NCBI RefSeq assembly: GCF_006345805.1
Contig: NC_043016.1
Span: 9,238,001-9,302,000 of the forward strand
DNA length: 64,000 nt
Direction: 5' to 3'
From: Octopus sinensis
Lineage: Eukaryota
The notes under the pieces are model-generated. The model was not told the DNA's origin, ran no database searches, and saw nothing but the letters and a program-made list of their open reading frames with translations. This document shows positions 37,670 to 52,479 of the stretch, one piece after another (within the stretch, counting starts at the first letter, position 1; each line of letters begins with the position of its first letter). Position numbers and translations under genes: made by a program.

Positions 37670-38450
37670 TTGGATCGGAGGCTTCCCGACAATAACCCAG
37701 AGTTAGGTATTCTTCTTCGTATTCTTCATTCGGTTCATCAAAGACCGACATGCTGTCTTCTCCAACGACCACTCCTACGCTGATGATAACATCCTTTTTT
37801 TCTTTTTCCGTCCTAATCTTCCACACCCAAGTGTCATTCACATGCAACCTAAACAGGATATACCAAACCCGCGTTAATTCCACGAGAGAACCCTTGAAAA
37901 TATTCTTGAATGGAGTCATGCCAAGCATTTAGACACAATCGACAAATGTCAAAAACACGTCAATAAACACCTTACTTGAACATGAACAGGGCAACTGGAA
38001 AGCTTAAGGTTGTTACGGATGTTAGGCCTGAGCGTTACGGACGGTTTCACCTGTTGTCGCACATACTTAAAAAAGAATGTATCACAGAGACAGGCCTTCC
38101 TGTTCGGGACCAGAAAGTACTTCAGACCCCAACAACAGCTCTCTACAAAGTTCAGGTGGAAGTACGACGGAGTGCCTCTTTCACATCTGCAATGATGCTG
38201 GTGCACCCTCTGAGAAAAACCACCTGGCTGGTTGTCTTAAGTTTCTTTCTTATACACATTTCAAAAGCACTCCAACCTCTGGCACGGCAATGTGATGTCT
38301 GCCTTCTCTTTGCTTTTCTATCACTATTTTTGTAGCCCGTGCACCTCAAATTTGCGTGGTCTTGCGCTGCATTCATTCAGACACACCCTACTCACTTATC
38401 TCCCCTTCTGTCATCACCTGCATATCTCCATAACCAGGCTCATGCTAACC
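37670..38450 (+). mobile_element. Heavily degenerate L2/CR1/jockey-type RT fragment in AIP intron 1
   Basis: SYADD at 37773-37787; KNVSQRQAFLFGTRKYFRPQQ..LYKVQV resembles the ASQRLGFLFRxRKYF..LYKxQV motif; many stops. Confidence 0.7.
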
Positions 38451-39045
38451 GCTTATGTACCGTCCATACGCTAGGGTGTCAACCCTCTGGAATTCCTACC
38501 CTGTCCATGTGTTTTACTATTATTTATTTCCTCTGCAACCATCAGCTTTCAAGAAGGTTAACTACTTTGATCTCAGAATGCTTATTAAGGCAGTCATTAA
38601 CACCACCTTATGCCAATCAAGCTACTTGTAGCACTCTGGCTTCTGTGTGTGTGTGTGTGTGTGAGACAAATGAAATTCAAAATCGATTTCATTAAATAAA
38701 AGTTCGTCGTCGTCGTCATCATGATCATCATCATTATCCCCCTTAATACCCACTTTTCAAGGCTTGCATGTGTCAAACGGAATTTATTGAGGCAGGTTTT
38801 CTCTTTCCTCGACAGATGTCCTTCGTGTCACCATGACATATGCCCTTCTTTGCCCCCAGCTCTCACCTGTTTCCAAGCAAGATAATATTTGACAGTAGCC
38901 AGACATGTTTTTCATAAAAGAATGGAAATGAAGAACTTGGCATGTATGATGATGATGATGCTCATTTACAACTACCATATGACATCAAGACAAGAACGCA
39001 CACAAATATGTATACATATAATATATACACACATACAGATACATG

Positions 39046-39432
39046 GAAGCACTCCGTCGGTTACGACGACGAGGGTTCCGGTTGATCCGAATCAACGGTA
39101 CAGCCTACTCGTGAAATTAACGTGTAAGTGGCTGAGCACTCCACAGACACGTGTACCTTTAACGCAGTTCTTGGGGATATTCAGCGTGACACAGAGAGTG
39201 ACAAGGCCGGCCCTTTGAAATACAGGTACAACAGAAACAGGAAGTAAGAGTGAGAGAAAGTTGTGGTGAAAGAGTACAGCAGGGATCACCACCATCCCCT
39301 GCCGGAGCCTCGTAGAGCTTTAGGTGTTTTTGCTCAATAAACACTCACAACGTCCGGTCTGGGAATCGAAACCGCGATCCTATGACCGCGAGTCCGCTGC
39401 CCTAACCACTGGGCCATTGCGCCTCCACACAT
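39046..39432 (-). mobile_element. tRNA(Arg)-derived SINE (OR1-like), full length
   Basis: GGAGGCGCAATGGCCCAGTGGTTAGGGCAGCGGACTCGCGGTC head; 3' end CGTAACCGACGGAGTGC. Partial copy 3490-3725; sister subfamily with a different tail at 40093-40400 (+) and 57061-57356 (-). Confidence 0.8.
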
Positions 39433-42400
39433 ACAGATACATACACTCACAAATATATATACATATAACACATACATACACATGACAGGCCTCTTTCAGT
39501 TTCTGTTTACCAAAACTGCTCACCAGGCTTTGGCCAGCCTGGAAGATACTTGCCCAAGGTGCCATGCAGTGGGACTGAACCTAAAACCACATGGTCAGGA
39601 AGCAAGTTTCTTATCCACACAGCCATACTTGTGCCTAGAATTTTTTTTTTAAATAAATGAGAAAACATGAAAAAAAAATCCTAGATAAAAAAAATAAAAC
39701 TTGAACAACTGTAAAATTTGATATTAAGAATTAACAATTGCCTTATGCTTGTTTATCAAGACATTCCATCTTTTTTTAAAACACTTTGCCTTTATACCAA
39801 GCCAAAGCGAAAGTCGTAAACCGAACACTTACTCAAACATCAACTCTGTTATTTTTTATCTTTTCTTATATTTTTCTGTTTCAGTCATTAAACTGTAGCC
39901 ATGCTGGGGCACTGCCTTGAAGGATTTTTTTAGGCAAAAGAATTGGCCTCAGTACTTATTTTTTAAGCATGGTAGTTATTCTATCAGTCTCTTTTGCCAA
40001 AACTGCTAAGTTACAGGGATGTAAACACAACAACACCAATTGTCAATTGATAGAGGAAGCAAATACAGACGCATATACACATACAGATATATGTGGAGGC
40101 ACATGGCCTAGTGGTTAGAGCAGCGGTCTTGCGGTCGAGGGATCGTGGGTTCAAATCTCAGACCGGGCGATGTGTGTGTTTATGAGCGAAACACCTAAGC
40201 TCCACGCGGCTCCGGCAGAAGGTAATGGCGAACTTCTGCTGACTCTTTCGCCACAACTTTCCCTCACTCTTTCCTCCTGCATCAAGCAGCTCACCTGCGA
40301 CGGACCAGCGTTCCGTCCAGTTGGGGAACCTATACGCCAAGGAAACTGAGAAACTGGCCCTTATGAGCCAGGCATGGCTTGAGTAGGAACAAAAACAAAC
40401 AAAACATATGATAAAGATGGAATATACAAGAAACTTTATTGCTCACAATGATCATTTCAACACATCCTGCATCAATCCCTTGTGGGTGGGATACAATACA
40501 ACTGGTCTTCTTTCAGTTTCTGTCAACCAAATTCACTCAAAGATTTGGTCACCTTAAGGCTATAGTAGAAGACACTTGCCCAATGTGCTATGCAGTGGGA
40601 CTGAACCCAGAACCATATGGTTTGGAAGCAAACTTGTTACCAGCCAAGCCTACAATTTTTTTTTTCTTTTTACTTGATAAATTTTATAGGTAAACAAAAA
40701 AAAAATAAATGAGCCTTCAAAAAAGTACCTTCTCAGAATTGCTCAAGCTGCTAAAAATAACAGTTGAATCTTCCTTGAATCACACACTAGTGACTTAGAA
40801 TGCAGGATGGTTCATTAAATAATATTGTCCTAGGTATCCCTAAAAATAGACAGGATAGTCATGACTTGAATGTGTTTGACTAAGGGTTAATGAACAACCA
40901 CAGCATGGTAAGCAAAACACATGCACCAGCACATATGTATACACCATAAGTACATAAGTGTGTACAAACATCCAGCTTTACTTGATTTTTATCTAAAGCT
41001 TGTAGAAAATATGGTTTCAGAATATATTTACCACACAGCACTAAAATGTTCTTTGAGATGGTACAAATGTTATTGAAAAAAGCATGTTTTGGTATTAAGA
41101 AATATGGATATTGGTGGTGGAAATTATGTAGCCTGAAAAATTTAGGGTATGGTTAAGTAAGTCATGGCAGGAATTGTTAAAATAGGCATTCTTATACAGT
41201 TGGAATTGTAATGGAATGCTCTTTGAATGGAAACTAATCCAATATAAAGCACCCCCTCCCAAATTATATCCAGGAGAGAAGGGTATGATTCTGTGTTTAA
41301 AAACTTGGTTCTCAACCTTGTTATCAGGTTCAGTCCCTTTGCATAGTACTTGGGTAAGAGAAATAGTTGATAGGTTGGTTGCTTTACAATCACTTAGTCA
41401 TGGGTTCAATCCTGCTGCATGGCACTTTCAACAAATGTCTTCAGCCTTAGCCTCATGTTGACCCATAATTTGTGTGGAATTTGGATGACAAAAGTTTGTG
41501 GTAACCTGTTATATTTATATCTATCTCTGTGTGTGTATAAGAAAGAAAGATGAAGAGTACCAAATATGATTAAAAACTGGCTCCCAGATTAACGTATATA
41601 TCATCATCATCATCATCATTTAACATGAACGTTCCAAAGGACCGCACTGTGCTCTAGTGTCTACTTTGACACAGTTTCTATGGCTGATTGTCCTTCCTAA
41701 TGCCAACCACTTTACAGAGTGTACTGGGTAGTTTTTTTTTTCATTATAATTTATATTTCTTTTGTAATTTTTCTCTGAAAAATTGTCCAGTACATTGGAC
41801 AAAGTGACTAAAGGGGTTGATTTTCCATTCTATACCCCATTCAGTTGAAGGTCTTATATTGCAGGTTCTTGGTGACCTCACTAGTGTTGGTGTCACATAA
41901 AAAGAACTCTGTTACGTGGTTGGTGTTAGGAAGAGCATCCAGCTGTAGAAACCATGCCAAAGCAGACATAGAGTTTGGTACAGTCCTGGCGCATCTTCTC
42001 TTGTCAAATCATCCAAACCATGCCAAAATGGAAAAGGCAACAAGAGATGATAATGATGATGGACTTTTTCTACCAATTCTGCTAGCAAGGCTTTGGTCAG
42101 CTTGGAGCTATAGTAGAAAACACTTGCTCAAGGTGCCCTGCAGTGGGACTGAACCCAAAACCACATAGTTGGGGAAGCAAGCTCCTTGCTCCCACATCCA
42201 TACCTGCACCTACAAGTCAAACCAGCATCTATTCTGTTATATATTGCTTGTTGAAGCAATGAAGCCATTGTTTAAATGGGATTGGTGGAAATAGGAAATT
42301 GAGATGTTCAGGCATTTACAAAATGATTCGGGCAAAAGAAATGAAATCACTATATATTTTTATTTGCCTCTTCCATTCCAAACATCCAGCCACAGCAGAT

Positions 42401-43017
42401 GTATAAAGTATAGTTCCTTATCTGTTCTTATTTAGAGAGTTTTATTTGATCTGTTCCATACATTCGCTCCAAGAAATTAATCAAACGGTTTAACTCGGTC
42501 CTTGTAAGTAATAGATTGTTCATATAAAATGGAAATTTCATAGAAAATTCAAAGTCCTAGTAGCTTCGTTATTACTATCCATTACTCCGTTATCATCATT
42601 GTCTGGAGCCAAATGGGGAAAAAAGAAGCTCTGTATGGTCACTCACTGTGTTTGAAGAAGCAAGTACAGCTTTAAATGTTGTTACTGTATCATGTTAGAA
42701 ATGAATGAATATCCCAAATAAATAGTATTGAATACATGCATACATTTAATAGGTGCAGGCGTGGCTGTGTGGTAAATGGCTTGCTTCCCAACCATATGGT
42801 TCTGGGTTCAGTTTCATTGCATGTCACCTCAGCAGGTGTCTTATACTATAACCTCAGGTTGACTAAAGCCCTGTGAGTGGATTTAGTAGACAGAAACTAA
42901 AAGAAGCCCATTGTATATATATGGGTATGTGGTTTGTATGTATATATATATGTATGTATGTATGTGTATATATATATATAATTATATATATATATATTAT
43001 ATATATATTATATAATA

Positions 43018-43056
<39 letters not shown>

Positions 43057-43557
43057 TATAATATATATATTATATATATTTATGTGTGTGTGTGTCTGTG
43101 TGTATTGTCTGTGTTTGTCTCCCCACAGTTAATTGACAATTGATGTTGGTATGTTTACGTCCCCATAACTGAGCAGTTTGGCAAATGAGACTGATATAAT
43201 AAGTCCTAGGCTTACAAAGAGTGTCTTCAACTAAAAAAAAACACTCTTTAAGGCTGTGCTCCAGCATGGCCGCAGTCAAATGACTGAAACAAGTGAAACA
43301 ATAAAGAATATATTTTTACACACACAGACATACATACACTTACACACACACACACATAAATGAGAGTGTATGAGTGTATATCACCAAAAGGCTCTGAAAC
43401 AGTGTATCCTTGAGAAAAACAGATTTGATTTTTGAAATCTGCATCCCAAATACAAGGATTTTGGTAAATAGTAATCAAAAAAATATAATTTGATATGAGA
43501 AAAAGCTCAACTTTCATATTGTCATGTCTACTTCTTTCTGTGACTTTATCTTTTTAT

Positions 43558-43602
<45 letters not shown>

Positions 43603-43799
43603 ACTTTTAAGCTTTCCCCTCTCTATACATATTTACCACACTCCCTCTCAGCATGTATGTATATCACTCACGTGTGCTACTCCTCAACCTTTCTCTTCAT
43701 GTGACATGTAATTGCTTTCATTTTCTTTAAAACTTCATTGTTGAAATGTTTTTGCTTTCATTTTATGATAGCTATCATGCAGCAAATAGTAGCTTCTAA

Positions 43800-45300
43800 A
43801 TCCTGTTTTCTGACTGGCAAACCAGATGGCTGCACCAGGCTGCAATCTTGATCTGGCAGAGTTTCTACAGCTGGATGCCCTTCCTAACACCAACCACTCT
43901 GAGAGTGTAGTGGGTGCTTTTTACGTGCTGTCGGCACAGGTGCCAGGGGAGGCAGGCAATGGCAATGACCTCGCTTGAATCTTTTTACACATGCCACCAG
44001 CACAGCTGCCAGTAAGGTATGCATAGGCCACGAGGTTATGGTCTTATTTGGTTTGCCAGGTCTTCTCAAGCACAGCATATTTCCAAAAGTCTCAGTCACT
44101 AGTCATTTCCTTGGTGAGGCCTAAAGTTCAAAGGTCGTGCTTCACCACTTCATCCCAGGTCTTCCTGGGTCTACCTCTTCCACAGGTTCCTTCAATCACT
44201 AGGTTGTGGGACTTTTTCACACAGCTATCCTCATCCATTCTTGCCACATGACCATACCAGTGCAGTCGTCTCTCTTGCACACCACATCTGATGCTTCTTA
44301 GGTCCAACTTTTCTCTCAAGGTACTTACACTCTGTCAAGTATGCACACTGACATTACACATCCATCGGAGCATACTGGTTTCATTCCTTGCGAGCTTACG
44401 CATGTCCTCAGCAGTCACAGCCCTTGTTTCACTGCCATGTAGCATGGCTGTTCATACACATGTGTCATACAATCTACCTTTTACTCTGTGCGAGAGGCCC
44501 TTTGTCACCAGCAGAGGTAAGAGCTCTCTGAACTTTGCCCAAGCTATTCTTATACTAGCAGCTACACTTTCGGCGCACCCTCCCCCGCTACTGACTTGGT
44601 CACCTAGGTAACAGAAGCTATCAACTTCTTCTAGTTTTTCTCCGTGGAATGTGGCAGAAGTTGTTCTCTGTGCATTTTCAGTGTTTATTGCTCCTGAGCA
44701 TCTGCCACATAGAAAAACTATCTTCCCAGTTAGCCTTCCTTTGATATTACTGCACCTCTTATGTGTTCATAGCTTACACTGGGTACCTCTTATAGAGTTT
44801 CTACCTATGCCTCTACTACAGATTGAGCAGGGCCATCTACCTGAAGGGATTTGTGGTTTGCCTGCCTTCCTACTTATTAGGACTTTGGTTTTAGCTAGGT
44901 TGATTCTAAGGCCCTTCGATTCTAATCCTTGTTTCCACACTTGAAACTTCTCCAGTTCTGACAGTGACTCAGCAATTAGAGCAAGGTCATCAGCATAGAG
45001 GAGCTCCCAGTGGCATCCTATCTTGAATTCCTCCGTTATTGCCTGGAGGACTATGATAAATAGGAGGGGACTGAGGACTGACCCTTGGTGGACCCCTACC
45101 TCTACCCTGAATTATTCTGTGTAGTCGTTGCCAACCCTCACCTTACTGACAGCGTCCCTGTACATGGCTTGCACAGTTCTCACTAACCATTCATCTATTC
45201 CTAGTTTCCTCATTGACCACCAGATAAGGGATCGGGGGATCCTGTCAAAGGCTTTCTCCATGTCAACGAAAGCCAGGTACAGGGGCTTATCTTTGGCTAG
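43800..45300 (-). mobile_element. RTE LINE (RT core to 3' UTR), antisense in AIP intron 1
   Basis: AFVDMEKAFDR..GVHQGSVLSPLLF..LLYADDL..WPCSIC..HKRCS..WYGHVARMDED..GRPRKTW; 5'-truncated. Confidence 0.95.
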
Positions 45301-45914
45301 ATATATATATAATGGATAATAAAAAGAATGGTTTACACCTGTTAGCTTACTAGTAAAGCGCAGTCACTTTCTTGTATATTCCATCTTCCGTCTTTCATTC
45401 GTCATATATATATATACATACATACATACTTACATATATATAATTTTATCAACTGTGGCTTTATCTTGTAGCCAAGATTTCAGGTTCTTCTTTGTTGAAT
45501 GCTTCCTTTATGGTGATGCTGTTGATAACTCTGTAGACCAATTCTTACATAGCAGAATTGATGGCATTGATTGCATGGTAAAGTTGGTGGAGGACAAAGT
45601 TGATTTTATTGAGCTTTTTTCTCTTGTCATTTGATTTCTTCCATTTCTCCACTGGTAGCTTCAAATTTTATATATATATAGCTGTATGTGCTGGTTTGTT
45701 TACACCCCCCCCCCCCATAATTTCATGCTTTGGCAAAAAGAGACTGATAGAGTAAATAATACTAAGCTTGATCTATTCAACTAAACCCTCCAAGAAAGTG
45801 CCCCAGTATGGCCACAATCCCATGACCGAAACAGGTAAAAGACGAAAGATAACTGCCAGTTTATCATTGTGTATTTCTTTATTGTTATTTTTTTTTTTTT
45901 TTTGTTATTTTCAG

Positions 45915-46094
45915 TTGACATTCCACTATGTTACCAAAATGTGCGATGAAGATAGCACCATTCTGGATGACAGTCGTAAAATGGGGAAACCCATGGAGTT
46001 ACTTTTGGGAAAGAAATTCAAGTTTGATGTTTGGGAGAAGTGTATTAGGTCCATGAAAATTAACGAGGTTGCTGAGTTTCTAGTGAACACTGAT
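45915..46094 (+). CDS. AIP: AIP coding exon 2 (FKBP/PPIase-like domain), 180 nt
   Basis: Polypyrimidine tract + TTTTCAG| acceptor and GAT|GTAAGT donor; LTFHYVTKMCDEDSTILDDSRKMGKPMELLLGKKFKFDVWEKCIRSMKINEVAEFLVNTD aligns without gaps to human [60 protein letters not shown] (60 aa); phase 0 joins exon 1. Confidence 0.96.
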
Positions 46095-46845
46095 GTAAGT
46101 TTTATTTTATTTTCCTTCCACATATGGACTTGTACTTGGACCTCACATCTCCCCCCCCCCCCTCTCTCTCAAGCTATATATTTGCCTCTTCAGCATGACA
46201 CCTTTCCTCTGCCTCTGTCGTAGTTTCTTATTCCTCTTGTCCGTATTCTGCTCAGTTGAAGTGGCATTGTCTTGCAAGGAACTTGGAGACCTCACTGGTG
46301 CTGGTGCCATGTAAAAAAAAAACACCAAGTGCACTCTGTAAAGTGATTGACATTAGGAAGGGTGTCCTGTTATAGAAACCATTCCAAAGCAGACAGTAGA
46401 GCTTGGTGCTGTCTTCTGACTTGCCAGTTCCTGTTGAACTGTCCAGCCAATGCCAGCATGGAAAATGGACCTTAAATGATGATGATGATGATGAAGAGGA
46501 GGAAGAGGCAGTATAATTAGGCACAGATATAGTTGTGTAGTCAAGAAGTTTGTTATTCAATCGCATAAACTGAGAATGTTTCGAATCACTTCGGCTGCAG
46601 AGTTTCCTTTTTTTTCTATTCATTAAAGCATTATGTGCCTCAAATGCTCTATGGATACTTCCATGTTAGAAAGGGTTTCAATCAAAAGACATTTGAATTC
46701 TATTATTCTGTAAAATAATATTTAATTAGTTTAAATGTACACAAGTGCATAAAAATAATTTTAATTCCATTAGACATTCTAAAATACTATTAAATTTCAT
46801 TCAATTTTAAAAAAGGTAAAATCAGACAGAACTTATGGGATGACC

Positions 46846-46930
<85 letters not shown>

Positions 46931-47209
46931 TAGAAAAAAACCACCTTTTATCAATTCAAAATGAACAATTAAATTACACCATCTAGAAAATTATATAAAA
47001 GAATATTAAAATAAAAATAACAATGATATGCCGATGATTAAGAAAATTGCATCATAATAATAAAAACGTATATATTTGGTATATATATATATATATATAT
47101 AGTATATTGTTCCATTACCAGTAGAACCAATGAAAAGTACACTATCCAGCAAGATATAAATATCATCTAATAAACACAGGATTTCAATGCAAGCTACTGC
47201 AAGTTTATT

Positions 47210-47505
47210 CTGGGGAGAGTCATTTTCTTTTTGTGCCTTATAATTTAACACACTCACTGGAAAAAATTGCCACTTATTTCTTATTTTTATTTTCCTAAAA
47301 TTTCCATTGCGTCTTGCAACCTTTTCAATAGTCTTGCAAGACGCAACGAAAATTTTAGGAAATAGAAATAAGAAATGAGTGGAAACTTTATCGATGAGTG
47401 TGTTAAATTATAAGGCACAAAGAGAAAATGACTCTCCCCAGACACAACAGAATATGCTTCAATACACAAACTCATATAAAGAATCTTGCAAACCAAATCC
47501 AAAAA
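47210..47505. repeat. Palindromic repeat family F, second locus
   Basis: Same arms and spacer (47320-47333) as 8988-9280. Confidence 0.8.
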
Positions 47506-47526
47506 TGAAATACTATAAGTTTCATG

Positions 47527-47940
47527 GGATCTTTTTGGTTTGAATGGCAGTTTTTTCTAGCGGTGTCATATGAAATTGTCACCCATAATTATGACCCTAG
47601 TATCGATCTATTGCATTTCAATCTGTTTTAGGGTTAGGGGTGGGGGGAAGGGTATCTTTTTTCTTCACAAATGTAAATAAACCCAGTCTGTTTCTTAAAC
47701 GAGGGACATATTCATATGGCACAGAATGTTTTCACCTCAATGGACGTCATTGATTGGTTGAAATTGCAGAAATTGAAGAAAAAAAAACAACAAATATCTT
47801 ACAAACTATAGAATTTTCTCAATAAAGCCAAGAGAAAAAAAAGAGATTTTATAACCACATTCTACCAGTATGCGAAATTTGAAAGTGTTTAGTTACGTGG
47901 AAATTATTTTTAAAAACTGCCGTTCAAACCGAAAAGATCT
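47527..47940 (+). mobile_element. Same MITE, 8-bp TSD GTTTCATG
   Basis: TSD 47519-47526/47941-47948. Confidence 0.9.
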
Positions 47941-48719
47941 GTTTCATGTCCTGATAGTACAAGAAAAAAAAAGAAAAAGCTTTAGTTATTATGTCAATAT
48001 ATTTTATTTTAATAAAAGTGTACAGAGAACACATTTTCACCCTACCACCTTGTATTCTATCTACCAGTTATCACGATATTGAGTTTAGGGAAAAAGAAAT
48101 TAAGTATGATACATAGAATTCTATAGCATATTGTGAATTTATTGAAACACATTTATACATAGGTCAGTCTAGTCATTAAAAATACATCACAAAAGTTTGT
48201 TGTTATGCTAATGTGTTGATACTCTTAAAGTTGGTGTGGGAAAACTAAAATAACTTCCTTGTGATTTTATGTGGGTTTTTTTTCTTGTTATGAAAGGTAA
48301 TACAAGAAATTCAGTAATAAATGGTTCCGGTATAAGCCAGTATGTGATCTTCTATTTGGTTACTCGTAATGCTAGACATAATAGGCAAATCTCTTTAAAA
48401 CGAAGAGAAAATTAGATGATGCAGTCCTAGATAGACTGTAGCTTTAACCCTTTAGCATTCAGATTACTCTGTCAAATGCAAAGTCTCTCTCTCTTTTACT
48501 CTTTTACTTGTTTCAGTCATTTGACTGCAGCCATGCTGGAGCACCGCCTTTAGTCGAGCAACTCGACCCCGGGACTTATTCATTGTAAGCCCAGTACTTA
48601 TTCTATCGGTCTCTTTTGCCGAACCGCTAAGTGACGGGGACATAAACACACCAGCATCGGTTGTCAAGCAATGTTAGGGGGACAAACGCAGACACACAAA
48701 CACACACACACACAAACAT

Positions 48720-48757
<38 letters not shown>

Positions 48758-49750
48758 GATGGGCTTCTTTCAGTTTCCGTCTACCAAATCCACTCACAAG
48801 GCTTTGGTCGGCCTGAGGCTATAGTAGAAGACACTTGCCCAAGGTGCCATGCAGTGGGACTGAACCTGGAACCATGTGGTTGGTAAGCAAGCTACTTACC
48901 ACACAGCCACTCCTGCGCCTCTGTTTAATTATATCGTTTAAAATTAATTGTACAGCATCTTGTAACTCTGAGATTTTGATGATGTCCCTGTTTATTTTTA
49001 GAATGACTTTGTAGGGTAGGTGTGAGAGGTCAGAGCTGGCTGGTTTGAGCATAAAACAGGAAGACAATTGATATGGCCAGTTTAAACACTAAAGGGTTAA
49101 AAAAAATGCCTTTCATCACAGGTCATGCTGGTTTCAGTAATCAGTAATATTTATATAGCAGTTGCATTTGGTTGATTTGAAAGATAAAAAGTTAATGATG
49201 GAACCATGTTTGCCATTTGTTAGTAGTAAACAAGGTCTGTAATCTTAGGACAATAAAAGGATTTTGTTCTGTTGATTCGTCCGGCATAGCTTGAAGATCA
49301 GTGAGTTTCTTCAGGTAGATCTGCTACTATTCTGCATTGAGAGATCACAGCTCCAGTATTATAGACATGTGATTAGAATGTCGCAGGAAAGAATTGTTAG
49401 AATTCTTTAAGGAGACTTAGGAGTAGATTACGAATGAGATGGCTAGATAATATCCATTGTCTCAGTTGATCATCTTTTGGGATCCAAGCAGAAAATCTCA
49501 TGACACTTGCTTCTGATGGGACCTTATCGAGGAAGTACCCGAAGATTCTACCTTCATGTCTCTCCCAGGAATAGTGAGAGTAGAAGATGGATGGATTTGT
49601 TGTTGTAGAATTTTATCCATTTACTAGCAGAGGTACCTGGCATTGCTTGGGATTAAAATGGTATAGTTTGTCTATATATACATTACAGTTAGGTTGAAAC
49701 AGGTGATACGGGAAAGTGCAGCATCGATGATAAAACAATTGTAGAGTAAA

Positions 49751-50110
49751 CTAGCACTATGACCTGGCAACGCCGGGTCATAGTGCTAGTGCATACATAT
49801 ACAGCTGCGTGCGTGCACACATACATGCGGGTACTGTCCAAATCTCCGACCATACAGCTAGCTGGCATTCAATTGGCGTATCAAGTTTCGGGCATTTTGA
49901 TTGGGTTTTGGATAGAAAATTCACAAAAAAGTCACTTCTATTGATTTTTTAATGGCTATGCGGGGTGACTGGGGAAATGTAAAGATGTGCACGACCACCC
50001 TTGGACGGTTTTGAATGACCATAGAAAGTGCGAGCCCTCTAACTGAAAAGTTGTGGATTTGTATAAAGGACACACACACACAGACATTTTGCCATTTATA
50101 TATATAGAGA
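49751..50110 (-). mobile_element. Non-autonomous Helitron, family H1
   Basis: Reverse-complement copy of 7015-7383 with the same termini. Confidence 0.85.
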
Positions 50111-52075
50111 TGATAGACTAATTCGACTAAGTGACATGTCATGCCTCTGTTTAGAGTATTCCAGGCCCTAACAGATCATGGAAAATTTGGGGGTTGGGAT
50201 GTATGAACACACCGCAAAGCTGTTAGTGGATAAACTCGCCTTTGCAGCAGTCAGTGCTGCGTCTAACATGACCCATCATATGGTTGAGAGTCAAACGAAT
50301 GGAGGTGTAATGGAGATCATCATCATCATCATCGTTTAACGTCCGTTTTCCATGCTGGCATGGGTTGGACAGTTCGACCGGGGTCTGGGAAGCCAGAAGG
50401 CTGCACCAGACTCCAATCTGATCTGGCAGTGTTTCTACAGCTGGATGCCCTTCCTAACGTCAACCACTCCGTGAGTGTAGTGGGTGCTTTTTACGTGCCA
50501 GGCGAGGCTGGCAACGGCCATGATCGGTTGGTTGTGATATTGTACGTAAATGGGTACATTCTGGAAATGAGCTGCAACGGGGAAGTGAACTATTGAAATG
50601 TTGTAGAAGGTGAAGAGTTGATATTGGATTGCTTGTGTGGGTGGAGAATAAGAAACATAAAGCGAGCCTATGCAGTCACATGAGAATATGTAGTAATGAA
50701 TTACTTGAAAAAAGATAAGGCATAATGGCTTACTGTGTGGTATGTATATAGTATGTCTGTGTATTTTTGTATGCAGTGTAAATTAATGAAATATAAGCAA
50801 ATGAACGAAAGAGAAGCACATGTATGGAACTGCTAATTTAACAGTAAATGCCACAATAATTATTACAGAGACAAAGAATTATATATATATATATAGAATA
50901 AATTTCTTAACGGAAGGGTAAATATGTAATTGTAAACACTTTGCAACCGCTGCGATAATTATTAACTGGTAATGAAACAGTCATCATCATCATCATCATC
51001 GTTTAACGTCCGTTTTCCATGCTGGCATGGGTTGGACGGTTCGACCGGGGTCTGGGAAGCCAGGAGGCTGCACCAGGCTCCAATCTTTATCTGGCAGAGT
51101 TTCTACAGCTGGATGCCCTTCCAAACACCAACTACTCCGAGAGTATAGTGGGTGCTTTTTACGTGCCAGTCAGGCACTACTGGCAACGACCTCGCTCGAA
51201 TCTTTTACACATGCCACTGGCACGGGGCCAGTCAGGCGGTACTGGCAATGACCTTGCTCAAATCTTTTTACACGTGCCACTGGCACAGGTGCCAGTGAAG
51301 CGACGTTGGTAACAATCACGCTCGAACGGTGCCCTTGTATGTGTCACAGGTATGGAAGCCAGTTGGCTTCTCTGGCAACGATCTCGCTTGGATGGTGCCC
51401 TTGGCACCCTACTAGCACAGGCCTAAGTACCAGTAAGGCGACGCTAGTAATGATCATTTTCGAATAGCCGCTCTGTCAATGATCACATTCGTATGGTGCT
51501 CTTTGCACCCCGCTAGCACAGATGCCAGTCATCAAATTGATTTTCATTTGATTTTGAAACAGTGAATGTGTATTTTTATATATACCTCAGACATTGCCAC
51601 CTCATTGTTTTATTCAAGAGTTTCACCTCTAGAACTCACATACATACATTCAGGCATGTCAGTCGTCACATATGTATATGTATGTGTAGATGTGTGTGTG
51701 TGTGTGTTTAATAACATACGTAACGTGGAAACACACACACTTACAAACACATACACACTCATACACTCACACAGATATACACTATATACAAAATGTGACA
51801 TCATCATTGTGGTATAAAATGTTCTTGACATACACTCACATAGATATACTAAGATAGCCACACATTGACATACATACACACATGTCAGTTGTTACATATG
51901 TATATGTATGCGTAGATGTATGTGTAGTTAATAACATACCTAACGCAGAGAAACACACTATGGGACATATGCACACTCATGCACTTACACACACTCACAG
52001 ACAAGATACATAATCATATACAAAATGTGATGTTGCTGTCATGGTATAAAATGTCTTGTTGACAATAGAAAGATT

Positions 52076-52479
52076 GGATCTTTTCCGTTTGAACGGCAGT
52101 TTCTAACATAATTTCCAGGTAACTAAAAAATTTTAAACTTCATATACTGGTAGAATGTGTTTATAAAACATTTTTTTCTCTTGGCTTTATTGAGAAAATT
52201 CTATAGTTTGTAAGATATTTGTTGTTTTTTTCTTCAGTTTCTGCAATTTCAACCAATCACTGATGTCTATTGAGGTAAAAAAAAACATTCTGTGCCGTAT
52301 GAATATGTCCCTCGTTTAAGAAACAGATTGGGTTTATTTACATTTGTAAAGGAAAAAAATACCCCCCCCCCAACCTAAAACAGATTGAAATGCAATAGAT
52401 CGATACCAGGGTCATAATTATGGGTGACAATTTCATATGACACTGCTAGAAAAAACTTCCGTTCAAACCGAAAAAATCC
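52076..52479 (-). mobile_element. Same MITE, 8-bp TSD GAAAGATT
   Basis: TSD 52068-52075/52480-52487. Confidence 0.9.

Noticed and set aside
37524-38376. 134-aa, 85-aa and 119-aa ORFs that looked like viral or novel proteins
   Set aside because: They are alternative frames or the antisense of a decayed LINE RT (YADD at 37776 on +).
39380-40200. tRNA-like sequences (Arg-type heads)
   Set aside because: They are SINE heads continuing into SINE bodies, not tRNA genes. No genuine tRNA, rRNA or CRISPR array was found in the window.
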